A stretch of 64,000 nucleotides of DNA from Lingula anatina. Lineage: Eukaryota > Animalia > Brachiopoda. The notes below the pieces were generated by a model that was not told the origin of the DNA, did not search any database, and was given only the letters and a program-made list of their open reading frames with translations. Positions 13,950 to 25,400 of the stretch are shown one piece after another. The stretch's first letter is position 1. Each line of letters opens with the position of its first letter. Made by a program: the position numbers and the translations under genes. Location of the stretch: assembly GCA_051362555.1 (NCBI GenBank), contig CM120643.1, positions 18,604,848-18,668,847 on the forward strand. The letters are read 5' to 3'.

Positions 13950-16900
13950 AATGTGTCAAACAAAATGTTGTGCATACATAAAATTTTGAAATCACACAGA
14001 ATAGTATCCAAATGCACTTTCAGATAACACAGATACACCAACATAGGTCCTGGACCAGTATTTTAAAGTTTTCAAAAGAATTATAACTTACATTTGCACA
14101 TTTTCAAAAAATAGTCCACAAAGACAGAAGAAGGGTGATGAAAAAAATAAAAGATAATCATATTTATAAATACAAACAAATAAAAAATTACAAAATAATG
14201 CCCAACCTTGATTGTCATCTTCGGATCGAGAGTGATCATCTTTGCTAGAAACATCATGAGAACTGAGTGGAGTGGAAGCAGTATTATTCCCATTGCAAGC
14301 ACTAACTTGTTCTAATTCAGACTCAACAAGATGATGAGAAGAAAGCTGTGGTAAACTTACTACCGCAAGTTCCATCATAAAACTAAGTAACAGGTTCCAC
14401 TTTCCTCCAGTTCAACTTGTCATGTGAATTGGCAGCAAGAGGAGGGAAAACTCAATTAAGGGAAAGACACTACACACCGCACTCAAAAATCAATAAGCAG
14501 TGATGTAAAGAAAGCCTTAGAATCGTAATCTGATTGGATATCCACTATCTTCAAAAGACCACGTAAAATTGATAATAATATAACCAGAGGCTTATAAAAC
14601 TTGACCAATATCTAGTTATGCATAGGACATTGGGAGATTGTGCTTATTGTCAAATTAAGCACAGCATTATCTTAAGTATAAAGATTTTTTTCAAAATCAC
14701 ATAATTTGTTTCCCAATAAGGTAATCTCCTTAGTACTAATAATAATGGTAACATTTTGCTCACTTCAATTGCATTGTTTCATTGATTAAGGTTTTGCATT
14801 TCTCACAGAATCCAGTAAAATAATAACAACTGGGGAAGTAACAGGGAAATATGGTTAAATATCAACATGAAGTCACAACCAGAGTGTATTGACGGAGGGA
14901 CAACAGAGCACATTATCTGAGCCTCTGGAATGAAAGATGATGCTTACCAATCAATTGGCTCAGACAGGGTTCAGTGGACAAGTAGAAAAAGCATGTTCAA
15001 AAGTTTCTTATCTAATACCTTAACTGCGATTCCATAACCGCAAGCTATCCTTTTTGGTAGCGAATAGTGTCTATAATGAGCTTATGATTGTGATCAATGG
15101 TTTTATGAGAATTTCACTTCCTCTGCTATTACATTATGAAAATTCATCAATCAGCAAATTGTTAGATTACTTGTGTTGAACAATGCTAGACTTTTTTTTC
15201 AAATCACGTATTTTTTTAAAATCCAAAATATATGTACTTCTTTCTAAGACTGGAGAACTATGCTAAAGCAAAAACTTTAATGTTAGAAACAAAAGTACTG
15301 CAGACACAATTAAATAAAAGTAAAGTTACTAAATCTGTCTGCTCCCCAATCTGTGCTTATTTAAGTAATACTGAATATCAGTGAACAGACAGATAACTAA
15401 AAGTAGCAAACTTCCCATATATACATAATTCTTTCTATTAATAATTAGCATTAATTTGGGACTGTCTTTCCATGCCAAATTGGTGGTGGAAAAATTGTGT
15501 TATATCCCAAAATATAATGCACATTTTCTTTAAATAAACATACAAATGCTGTCCCCACAACCTTTTAAGCTAGCAAAGAGTATAATTTAAAATTAGTTGA
15601 ATACTAATTCTTTTTTGGTTAAATTCCCAAGCAATTTACTGTGCACCTTTGTAATGACATTGTGAAAATAAATAAATGGAAGCATTCGATAAAACCACTG
15701 AAATAAGCAAAACATTATTCATATCATGAAATTCAAGTATTTTGTTTGATGCTACTGAATGGGCAACATTGAGAAAAAACAATCAAGATGGTACAATGAT
15801 ATCAAAGACACAAACAATGCTAAACTTAAAATTTGCTTTATTTTCTCAGCAAAAGATACATTAATGCAGACTGTAAAACCAGAACAAAAAAAAATTCTTC
15901 ATTTTGTCATCAACAGCACACAAATCAGATTATATAGTCTTTGATATCATTATTGTAAAGTCTAATGTAATCAATGGGTCGTGAGTAAGTGTTAGTTGTG
16001 GCGACTTTGGGTTAAAAGATACTATAAAGCTACAATCTAAAACACAATGATCACAATGTATAAGCATCCGCCATTCAGGGTTTTAACCAAGGGTCAATTT
16101 TCGATGACACTCTCTTAAATTAAAGGGAGATTAACTGTCAGTTACCCTGTCTCCTGCATCACAAGTATAATAATTGCACGCGTGCACACACACGCGCGCA
16201 CACAGCCTTATACAAGTCCAACAATATACTAAACTGTGTCAGCCAATTCAAAATGGATAACCACTGACTATCAAATTTTCCACTTCAGATATTTTTCATT
16301 TACTTCTGGCATCTCTAATTCTTATTCTGATTATAAGCTAATGCTTAGTTTTTACCACTACTAACTAAAACAAAATAATGCTTTTATTCAATATATAATA
16401 TTTAATTTAAGTATATTGCATGTGGTATGATGTTTCACTTTTTTCTTTAAATAGCTCTTAAGGCTTCATTCACATGCAATGTCTATTTTCTATTTTCTAT
16501 TCGCGGTATGTCTTATGATCACGGTCTGTGCCCTTAATATCCCGCGGCGTAATTACTGGCAGCGCGAGCCAGTTACTATAAGTTACTATAAGTAACTGGC
16601 TCGTGCTGCCAGTAATTACACGGCGGGATATTCAGGGCACAGACCGTGATCATAAGATAGCGCGAATAGAAAATAGAATTTAGAAAATAGACATTGCATG
16701 TGAATGAAGCCTAAGTCAGTGCAAATGACCAGATTTAAAGAGTCCACGTGCCAAATGAATGGATCCTATCATGAAATTACAAAAGGTTACCCAGGATGAA
16801 TTAGAATTTTAATGAAAAAAAAAAAAAAAAAAAAAGAAAAATTTAAAAGAAAAAGAAAAACACTAAACAAGCCAAAGCAATACATCACAACAACTAACTA

Positions 16901-19900
16901 ATTTAACACAACATCATTTCACAATTTTGTTTAAAAATCACTGCGGCAGCCATTTGTATCAGTGGAAATCAATGGTGTCTTAGACAAACAGAAATTGGCC
17001 TAAAATCAGTTTCAATGTAAAAAGGTGCTCCAAACTTATTAGTGATGCAGGAGACTTCACCAGCAGTTAAAACATACATCACCCTTTACACAGCAAAAAA
17101 TAAGATTTACCATATATGACTCTGTATTCACCCACTATTTGGTTCAATAAGTCATCATGAAAGAGAAAGATGATATAAAAATGTAAGTCAGACAGAAAAA
17201 TACAGGACATTTGTTTATAGTTACTGTATTAAATTTTTCAAAAAGATTTAAAGTGAAATGTATCGTTATCATATCACTGGTAAATCAGAATTAAAGCAAA
17301 AACTGAAAATAAGAAAACCATGCACATGAGCTGCAAATTGAGACAAAATTACAAATAACTAGAACATCACTGTCCCCATGAAAGGCCAACACTACTAGAA
17401 ACTGATAAATAATCAATTTTATTTTTCTTTCTTTTTATTGTGTATTTTAGTAAGAAGTATTTGCAAAGAATTGCAGGCATATGTAACCATACAATTAAAA
17501 ATCATTTAAACTCTTGAAAGGCTAGTTGTCAGGTCTTTCAACAAGTTAATTTTTTTGTAGAGTAAGCTTATTATACTTTTGTTATACTTTTTTTGCAATG
17601 TTTATTGTCAATATCTGACATCATATAATAGTTGTTTAAAAACAACCCTATTTCAGAGACAAAGTCATTCAACACATTCTTAGGTTTACATTCTCATATA
17701 AAATCCACTGATTAAACAAAGACTTACATACGAGTTTCAAACCGCTGAAGATTGTTTACATTATCAGTTATGAATAAAAGTCTCACAAATCCTGAATGCT
17801 AAACTTTAATCCACACATGCACATTTCATTTCTCAAATTTTAAAGTTGTATTAAATAAAAATCTTTACAAGCATCAAACAGTAGCCTAATGTGTTTCCTT
17901 ATAATCTCAGGCCTACATAACTAACAGACTCAGCACCGAATGATCCTGAATTAACTGGTAGATTGGACCTCATTACCCGTTTTAAAGGTGTGCGTCAGTA
18001 TCAGACGTGACATGGCTCTTGCCTAGTACGCGATGTGATAGTGATGATTCTGAGCAGGGTTGGAAAGTAGTGCATCTCATCTCATCTATCAGGGTATGAT
18101 ACTGCGAAATGTGTACCGACGCACAACTTGAAAACGGGTAGTGTGGTCCGATCTACCAGTGAATTTGGGATCATTCGGTGCTGAGTCTGGTTGTTGGGTA
18201 GGCCTGATTCTGGTGTGAGAGGTTTCATTCCAATATTAGCAAGTCATAACTCCTGTTTTATCCTGTATGTAATAAAGAATTTCAAATTACTGGTACCAAG
18301 GCAGAAAGGAAAAAAGAATCAGTTGCAATATATCCATTTCATAATCTCATTTTCTGAGTCTCCAATGTTGCTATAATTCCAGTATCTACCAGATTAACTA
18401 GCTTTGGAATGGAAGAAGCCGGGTTTCAGGACACATTCTAAATCCAAATCAACGAGGCATTCAAACACACAAAATAATTAATGTTTTCTATTCTTTCTAA
18501 CATGTGAATTCTGCATGTTTGGAAAGTAATAAGACCAATGCATTACAGTATGATATTACATAACTATGGAAATTTTGGGGAATATTGTTTATGTTGCACT
18601 TTACATCACTTGTGATACACCAAACCAACTTTCTTCAACTATTTACTAATAAGTCTCTTCCCCTCTAAATGTCATCATGATATTAATTAGCATAAGCCCA
18701 AGTAAATCTGAGGAAATAAAATACAATGTAAAGCATAATTTCCATTGCTTCCAAAGGTGTGTGCATTTAGCTCTTACTGGACAATCTGTACAAAAGCCAT
18801 GCAGTTTCTCACGCAAGCTCTTGTACAAGCCTACAGTAAAGTGCTGTTAGCGTATAACCTGTCCAGGCAGCAATGCAGCACCACCTGAATGCAGATATTA
18901 TGACATAATACATGTGCAAATAGGGACATTCAATACAACATAAATTTACAGGTAATTGCAATCCTTTTCATATTCCGTACCACCAAACAACTCAACTTTA
19001 ACACCATGTCCTTTCATTCACTTATTCAAACAATACTTGGATGTTTATGAATTCTGTTCACATACAAAAGTTGCTTTAAACTCGAAGAGAGCAGCATGTA
19101 TTCTGTATGTACACAAACTGGTTGTTATACTGATACTTAGAGGTTTGGTGGTACTCAAAAAGACAGGACAGAACTGAAAAGTAACACATTTCGTTTCAAT
19201 ACCATTTTCTATGCTTGACTGATCAAAACCATCAGACTCTCCTATATCTGAAACAAATGAAAAGCCCAGATTAATCCAATCCTGACATTTATTATTCATC
19301 GCTCATTTCAGATACATGTGCATATTGGACACATGAAATCAACCCAATCAATGGTGCTTATCCTCAAACCAAACCTGTGACTAAATACATATATTTTGTT
19401 GCCATACATGTATAATAAAAAGGCCTAAACATTTATTTGAAACAAATTTCACTCCATTTTTCAAACAACAATATAAAATAGACCTACTCAAAACAACAGG
19501 AACATCAATGAGTGGTATAGTTTCAAACTTCATTGTCAATACTATCCGATGCAACATGTAAATTTTATATGAACTAGCAAGAGGAAATAGCCATCTTGCC
19601 AGCATGAGAGGATAGTAAATCTCTTATTATCATTATTATATAGGAAGGTTGTATCTTATCAAGGTTGAAGTTCAATGGAATCCCACAGTGCTGCCATCTA
19701 TATGCTACATTTTTAATCAATATTGCTGTAAATAATCAACTAGGGGAAAACCCCTTTTGAATTCAATGCATATTTATGTGCACAGACTATCCAGGACATC
19801 TGAAAATACACTGTATACATACACATATTGCTTTAATAAACAGCACAAGCAGTTAGTCACTATATGAAACTTACAGTAAATAATTTGAAAAAGTATGTCA

Positions 19901-21780
19901 AATTTGTCAGTCAGATATTGTCTTTCTACTAAAAGAACCCCTGCTTACATTCCAAAAATGCTAAAGAATTTCATATTTTCTCTTCAGTCAATGCATTTAG
20001 CACAAATATCCACTACTAACTTGCATGAGTCTTGTAACTCTATAAAATGCTGTATTCAGAAAACAAGGGGAAATTCAATATATATCAAAAAGCACTTACA
20101 GTGTTGCTGTTTATTAGATAAAAATTCCCTTCTCACCAGATATTGCTTGATATGCACTGCCTTTTGGCAACTTAAGTGACTTTTCTGCTTGAATATACTC
20201 AACAAAGTGTTAATTTTGGCAGCAGGTTTTTAAGGTAATTTTAGACAGTTCACAACATACTTTAAACTTGGCCCACTGCAGAATATTTTATATTTATACA
20301 GTCTTTGATGTTGGTACTAGTTTGCATCATGCCAAATACAACAGTCAGACCAGTGAAATTACATCTAGCTCTTCATTTACTGACCACTATTTCTGTTTTG
20401 GGTCTGTGGAATCCAAGAACCTGATCTCCATAACAAGTATTATTACTAGTAGGCTAAAATAATTTTGGCACTGTTTATGCCAGATATATTAGTTAACTGG
20501 TGTCTTAACTATATTTGTGGAATTTTTTATTAGTATGTTAGCCTTTTCCAGCACCTGAATACCAAAAAATTTATAATTTGTTAGCATTGAATGAGAAGTC
20601 TTAACTAAAGTACATGAATAAAGAAATGCTTGTGAAGTCATCTGTATACCCATGCAGTGAAGAGAACAATACATATGGTTTCTAACTAGATTTTAAACTC
20701 GGGAATCATATTTCACCCTAGGTATTTCACCTTATGTTAAAAAGAAAACTGGGTAACTTCTATATCACTTTGAGCCACAGTATTTAGTAAAAAGAAGTCA
20801 TATTTCATAAAAGTGTGTCAATGGTCCCCTCAAGTTGTGCTAACCAAAACCCTAATAATATACAAAACATTAAAAATGTGAACTGGTTTATCATCATTAT
20901 ACTTCTTAGAATGGAGTATAAATTTTGTTTACCTGTCCTTAGCTTTTTTAAAAATAGCATTACTCCTGAAATGGAATTGATAGTCAAAATGTAATACTCA
21001 TTTACATACAAAACTGTGTGTAGTCCCAACCTGAATTTTATCACAATTTTTATGATATATTAAAAATTTGCCAACAACAAATGACCAAAGCGCTCAAGAT
21101 TATTTTAACCTGCTGAACTAGAATAACTAAGTTATATAGTGACATTATAAATATGCCCTTGACCACTAAAATTTCTGCTCAGAGCTCTTCAGATCAAAAT
21201 AAGCCAAACCATGATACTTTACCCTTAGGTAGAAAACATTAACATTTAAACTGATGAAACCAATTAGGTGCTGAAAAGGTGAATGTCAACAAACATTTTC
21301 AGTTGCTAAAGAGCTAAAAATGAATGATGAGTCATATTATATGGCAATCATGAGAAACTTAAAAGAAAAAGACATAAAATTTACAATAACTGGAATTTTT
21401 CCCCTCTGGAACGTTCTTTTTATGGATTGGATACTAGGGTAGTGCTGCAATATGGTTTTTCTTGATTTACAAACTAAATGTAAAAAGATTCGGGCTTGTT
21501 ATATGAGACGCCGAGATAGTCAAAAATGTCAAAATGTCACAAAGGCAGCTCTACTTTCTACTGTTAATAGTGGTTTGATTTAAACCAACAAAACCAGTAT
21601 AAAAAGAAGGAAAATGCGTTTCAGGATGTGATCAAATACTTTTATAATGTGCGTACCGTAGTCTCTTCTGCCGGCAGAATCCACTACGACTTCTGGTGTA
21701 GCAGGAGTCGTTCCATAATTTTGGGTAGATTCCCCAATCGGCGAATCCTCAGCTTTTGATACTTGAAATCTTGCAGCCAT
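220..21780 (-). CDS. KCC: K-Cl cotransporter (SLC12A4/5/6/7 family), first 16 coding exons; 3' part lies beyond the left edge
   Basis: Exons in transcript order: 21657-21780, 12261-12349, 9896-10009, 9271-9417, 7194-7379, 6620-6855, 5354-5535, 4765-5007, 4458-4515, 3642-3760, 3074-3248, 2632-2730, 2029-2148, 1758-1862, 836-924, 220-299. All introns are GT-AG with matching phases (722 codons). Hallmarks: [52 protein letters not shown], four-Cys TM5-6 loop, [64 protein letters not shown]. Confidence 0.96.
2241..2515 (+). mobile_element. tRNA-derived SINE with poly(A) tail (central domain resembles Meta/MESC-type SINEs)
   Basis: A box TGGCTCAAATGG (2248-2259), B-box-like GGATTCAATCC (2291-2301), core GGGTCATACCAAAGAC...AAAAATAGTACCTACTG, AATAAA and a 36-nt A tail. 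No clear TSD. Family assignment is from recall only. Confidence 0.8.
4516..4764 (-). other. U12-type (minor spliceosome) GT-AG intron in KCC
   Basis: Donor |GTATCCTTG at 4764. Branch-like ACCTTGAC ends about 8 nt before the terminal AG (4517-4516), with no real polypyrimidine tract. Splits TTSFV-Y-LSSV. Confidence 0.9.
13901..13950. repeat. (AAAT)n microsatellite
   Basis: About 12 perfect AATA units. Confidence 0.95.
14207..14378 (-). CDS. Putative alternative first coding exon (1b) of KCC
   Basis: ATG-initiated hydrophilic [14 protein letters not shown]...RSEDDNQ ending CAAG|GTTGGG in phase 1, the same phase as exon 1a (21657), so it joins exon 2 (12349) in frame. Confidence 0.6.
16462..16711. 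mobile_element. PIF/Harbinger-like palindromic MITE (250 bp)
   Basis: TAA|GGCTTCATTCACATGCAATGTCTATTTTCTA ... TAGAAAATAGACATTGCATGTGAATGAAGCC|TAA. The arms pair almost to the centre; TAA TSD. Confidence 0.88.
17907..18207. mobile_element. Foldback MITE with about 90-bp imperfect inverted arms
   Basis: TCAGGCCTAC...CAGACTCAGCACCGAATGATCC...ACCCGTTTTAAAGGTGTGCGTCAGTA is mirrored by TACCGACGCACAACTTGAAAACGGGT...GGATCATTCGGTGCTGAGTCTG...GTAGGCCTGA. TSD not resolved. Confidence 0.8.
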
Positions 21781-22143
21781 ATTGGTGTTCTTCCTCTGAG
21801 TTCTGTCTCACAGAACTCTATTGTTCGGAAGAAAACTGTGATTTTTAAGTTTCACAATCCTCAGCTCTTGACCCGTCTGCAAATCTGTGCCAAGCCTCGA
21901 TCTGATTATACCGGAAGTTAAACCGCTTACTAATTGCTCGATAAATTTGTCACAAAAAATCAACAATGGAAAGCTTTTCTTTTTCGATACTGATAAATGA
22001 TATTTGTTGTTTCGTCTTACTTAAAATCTATAAAACTTTTCTTTTCTCTTACATATACTAATTCTTACTAATTCGTGCATTGGATTATGGGAAGGGTTAA
22101 AGAGACCTTCTATGGCGGCTGGTTTGAAGATCGTCTGCAATAG
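21781..22143. promoter_or_regulatory. Bidirectional promoter between KCC and the RNF212-like gene
   Basis: Divergent genes and local CpG enrichment. ETS CCGGAAGT at 21911-21918, ZNF143/Staf-like TTCCCATAATCCAATGCA on the minus strand at 22076-22093, YY1-like ATGGCGGC at 22112-22119. Putative 5'UTR donor AG|GTGAAG at 22143/22144 joins acceptor TTTCAG| at 22453. Confidence 0.7.
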
Positions 22144-22461
22144 GTGAAGCGCTGCTGGAAATCCTACATCTTTTTTTGTGAAACGTATGAAGCTCATTGA
22201 TTAAGAAAATTTAAATTGATTACATGGGCGACTTGGATGCTGAATCACTCCTGATAATAAGAATCGCTGTTTCTTGTTCATCCTCCTTCCCCAGTTTCAT
22301 ATAGAATGGAGGGGGGGGGGGGGGGGGAGGGGGTATTAAAATGTCATTGTGTAGAAGTTAATGACCAACATAAAATTGTTAAGAAAAAGGGCATTCGTAG
22401 AACATTAGTGAGTTTTGTAAAAATGTACTTTTTCATGTCCATTAACATTTCAGGAATTAAA

Positions 22462-25400
22462 ATGTCTGATTGGATTCACTGTTTGATATGTCAACGAGCA
22501 CCAAACAATAGCAGCTCTTCTTTCCTTTTGATGCACCCTTGCATGCATATAGTATGTGAAAATTGCAAAGGTATGGTATAGTGAGAGTATTTTGTAGGGA
22601 CCTTTTCATTTTTTTTTTTCATTTTTTCTTTTTTTTTCTTTTTTTTTTTTTTGCATAAAAAGTGGTGTTTATAGCAATTTGATGAGTCATTGTTATTATT
22701 ATTTTTATGATATTTTAAGTGCAGCATTTGTTATGTATAATTGGTGCTTTAGTTGTGTTAAATTTATTTTTTTTTCTCATAAGAAACATCAGAAAATTGC
22801 ATTTATTATCATGTATAATTGCAGCTTAAGTCATATGACATTTTCCTTCTTTTTTCACAAGAAACATCCGAAAATTGCAAGAAATGTGGAAACAAATGCA
22901 TGTCAGTCCCATTAACAAAACAGGTAGTTAAAGTTTAATATGCATATGTATTCTTTGCTATCCTTTTCTTTCTACAGGTAAAGACCCCCCCCCCCAAAAA
23001 AAATAATAATAATAAATAAATAAAATAAAATAGTGCATGATTTGTTAAATAAGCTGTATATAAAAAGATACATTGTCAGGCACTTAAGAAATTGGTATTA
23101 AAATAAGATTTTTTCTTACCATTTATTTCATCTTAGGCAAAATATTTTAAAAATATCATTATATTGCAATTGAACAAGATCACTCTCTTTGGATATGGTG
23201 AGTTATATTGTAGCCTAGATTTACATTAATTGTAAAGTAATACTGTAACATGGATTTTCTTGGCATTGTTTATACATTTATTTAATTTGGAATGCTGCTT
23301 TCAGACTTTTGTCTCCAGGCCAGAGGTGGGCAAATTCTTCAAGGATCCAACCAAAGACATTAGCAGATGTCTAAAGGAGTTCAACCGAGAGTTAACCCAC
23401 CTTTTTCAGGTACAATTTTCTTTTACTACTTTTGTTCCTTTTTATATATATGTAATGTCCTTATTGTACCACCTATTTGAAATCTGTAATCAGCTCTGCA
23501 TTTGTCATATATTCCATTTTACTACTGACTAATTTTGTAAAGTGTTTTGAGGTATATGGTCTTCAATCTTATAAAATAAATTACGGCATTGTGTAATTTC
23601 TACAATTGCAGTTCTATCTATATTTCAAGGTATTAAATTTTCAAGATTATCACCGAAAGGAAAAGGTATGATAATTAATATTTACCATCTTTTTCTAATG
23701 TAAATACTGAAAGACTTATTAGTGTGCTTATGTTAAATATAGCATTTTGTTATATCAGTACAAATGTTTCTGTAATGGAATGTCTTGAATAAATATGATA
23801 TGATGCTACTTTCTGACATGGTCAGTTTTAAACTGGAAAACTACCTCAGTGGTGTCATCAAGCCATCTGATTGCAGATAGACAGGGGTCTCTTTGTTCAG
23901 GTTAATTGTCATATGGCACAGGTATAAGAGTTCCCACTCTTTAAAGTGGCAGTGTACTAGTATGAATATTATATACAACATAATAGACCCATAGTATGAG
24001 GTTAATTATGAAGTACATCACCATCGCGTATGCGTTATATATAAAATTGAAATAAATTATTTGAGACTTTCAAATGTTATTTATACAAAATGTAATTGTT
24101 CATGCTTTTTATAAAATTTGTAATATATTCTTACACTTTTGTCCATTTTAGCTGAGCAAATTAATGGCAATACTTATGGAAAAAGATAAAGAAAACAAAC
24201 TTCTTCGTGAAGAAGTGGCTCTCTTAAGAAAACAGGTAATAAATTTAATTTATAAATGCTATAATAAGTAATAACATCTTTTCAAAATGACAGGAAAATT
24301 ATTTAGATACAAATAAGTTACTGGCACTGGATATACTGTATTATATAAAATGATAGAAACCATTAGCATATCAATACATATGATACTTTTTATGAAGTGA
24401 AACAGTTTCACATCGTAAGACATAATAATGTATTTCGTCCAATTTATTTTCAAATGAAATCTTTTATTATATATTAAAATTATGCTGTGAATATATCAGC
24501 TATCTGATTTTCTTACTTTACAGGGAGGAGGGTCATCAGCCAGGTGGGTAATATTCTGTTGTATTTTCTATTACACAAATTTAGGGTATTGGCAGGATTT
24601 AAAACATGCTAAATACAACCACTAAAAATTAAATGAATTTATTTTCATACTTATCCATTTGATTAGGTGGAAATTTTTGCTACCATATTAATTTACCCAC
24701 AGTTACTTCAATGAACTTCCAAAAATTTTAAATGACCCAACCCTCCATTAAAGAACTTCCCAAAGTCATGTGCATTGCATTACCCTGATAATTCTGCAAT
24801 TATAATATATAACCACATGGATATTAAAAGATAAATATTTTTGGAATAACGTCAGCATTCATTTTTGTATGCTTTCAGGAAATTATTGATTTTATAATAA
24901 TATTGGTGTCATATTTATAAGATGGGGATGTATAGATTTATATTTGTCCTTTTCAAAATTAAGATCTACACCTCATGCAGTTCTGATGAACTCTGTAGGT
25001 AAGCTTAATTCAAGGGGTTTGAGTCTGTTTATTATTTGTTGCTTGTTGCATATATTCTAGATGGACTATATGTAGTGTTTCACAGTTAATGGTGCTGTTA
25101 TTGTTACTGTTGTCCCTTAGGCATAAACTGAATGGACATTTGAAATCTTCTTTGATAGAATTCATATTTTTATTGTTCTGTGGGATCATGTGTCTTATGC
25201 ATAACTAGTTTGTTACATTTTTGTTTTGTTTTAATGATTTGCTGAAAATTATTTACAATTCTCCTCTTTGAATTATTTGAGGTTGATACCAAGGAGTTAT
25301 ATAACTCCTTGTTGATACGTACAATTTTATGATAACATCATAAGTGAGTTAAGTTGTTGACAATAAATGATAATAAGAGAAAAAAGAAAAAGGAAACATT

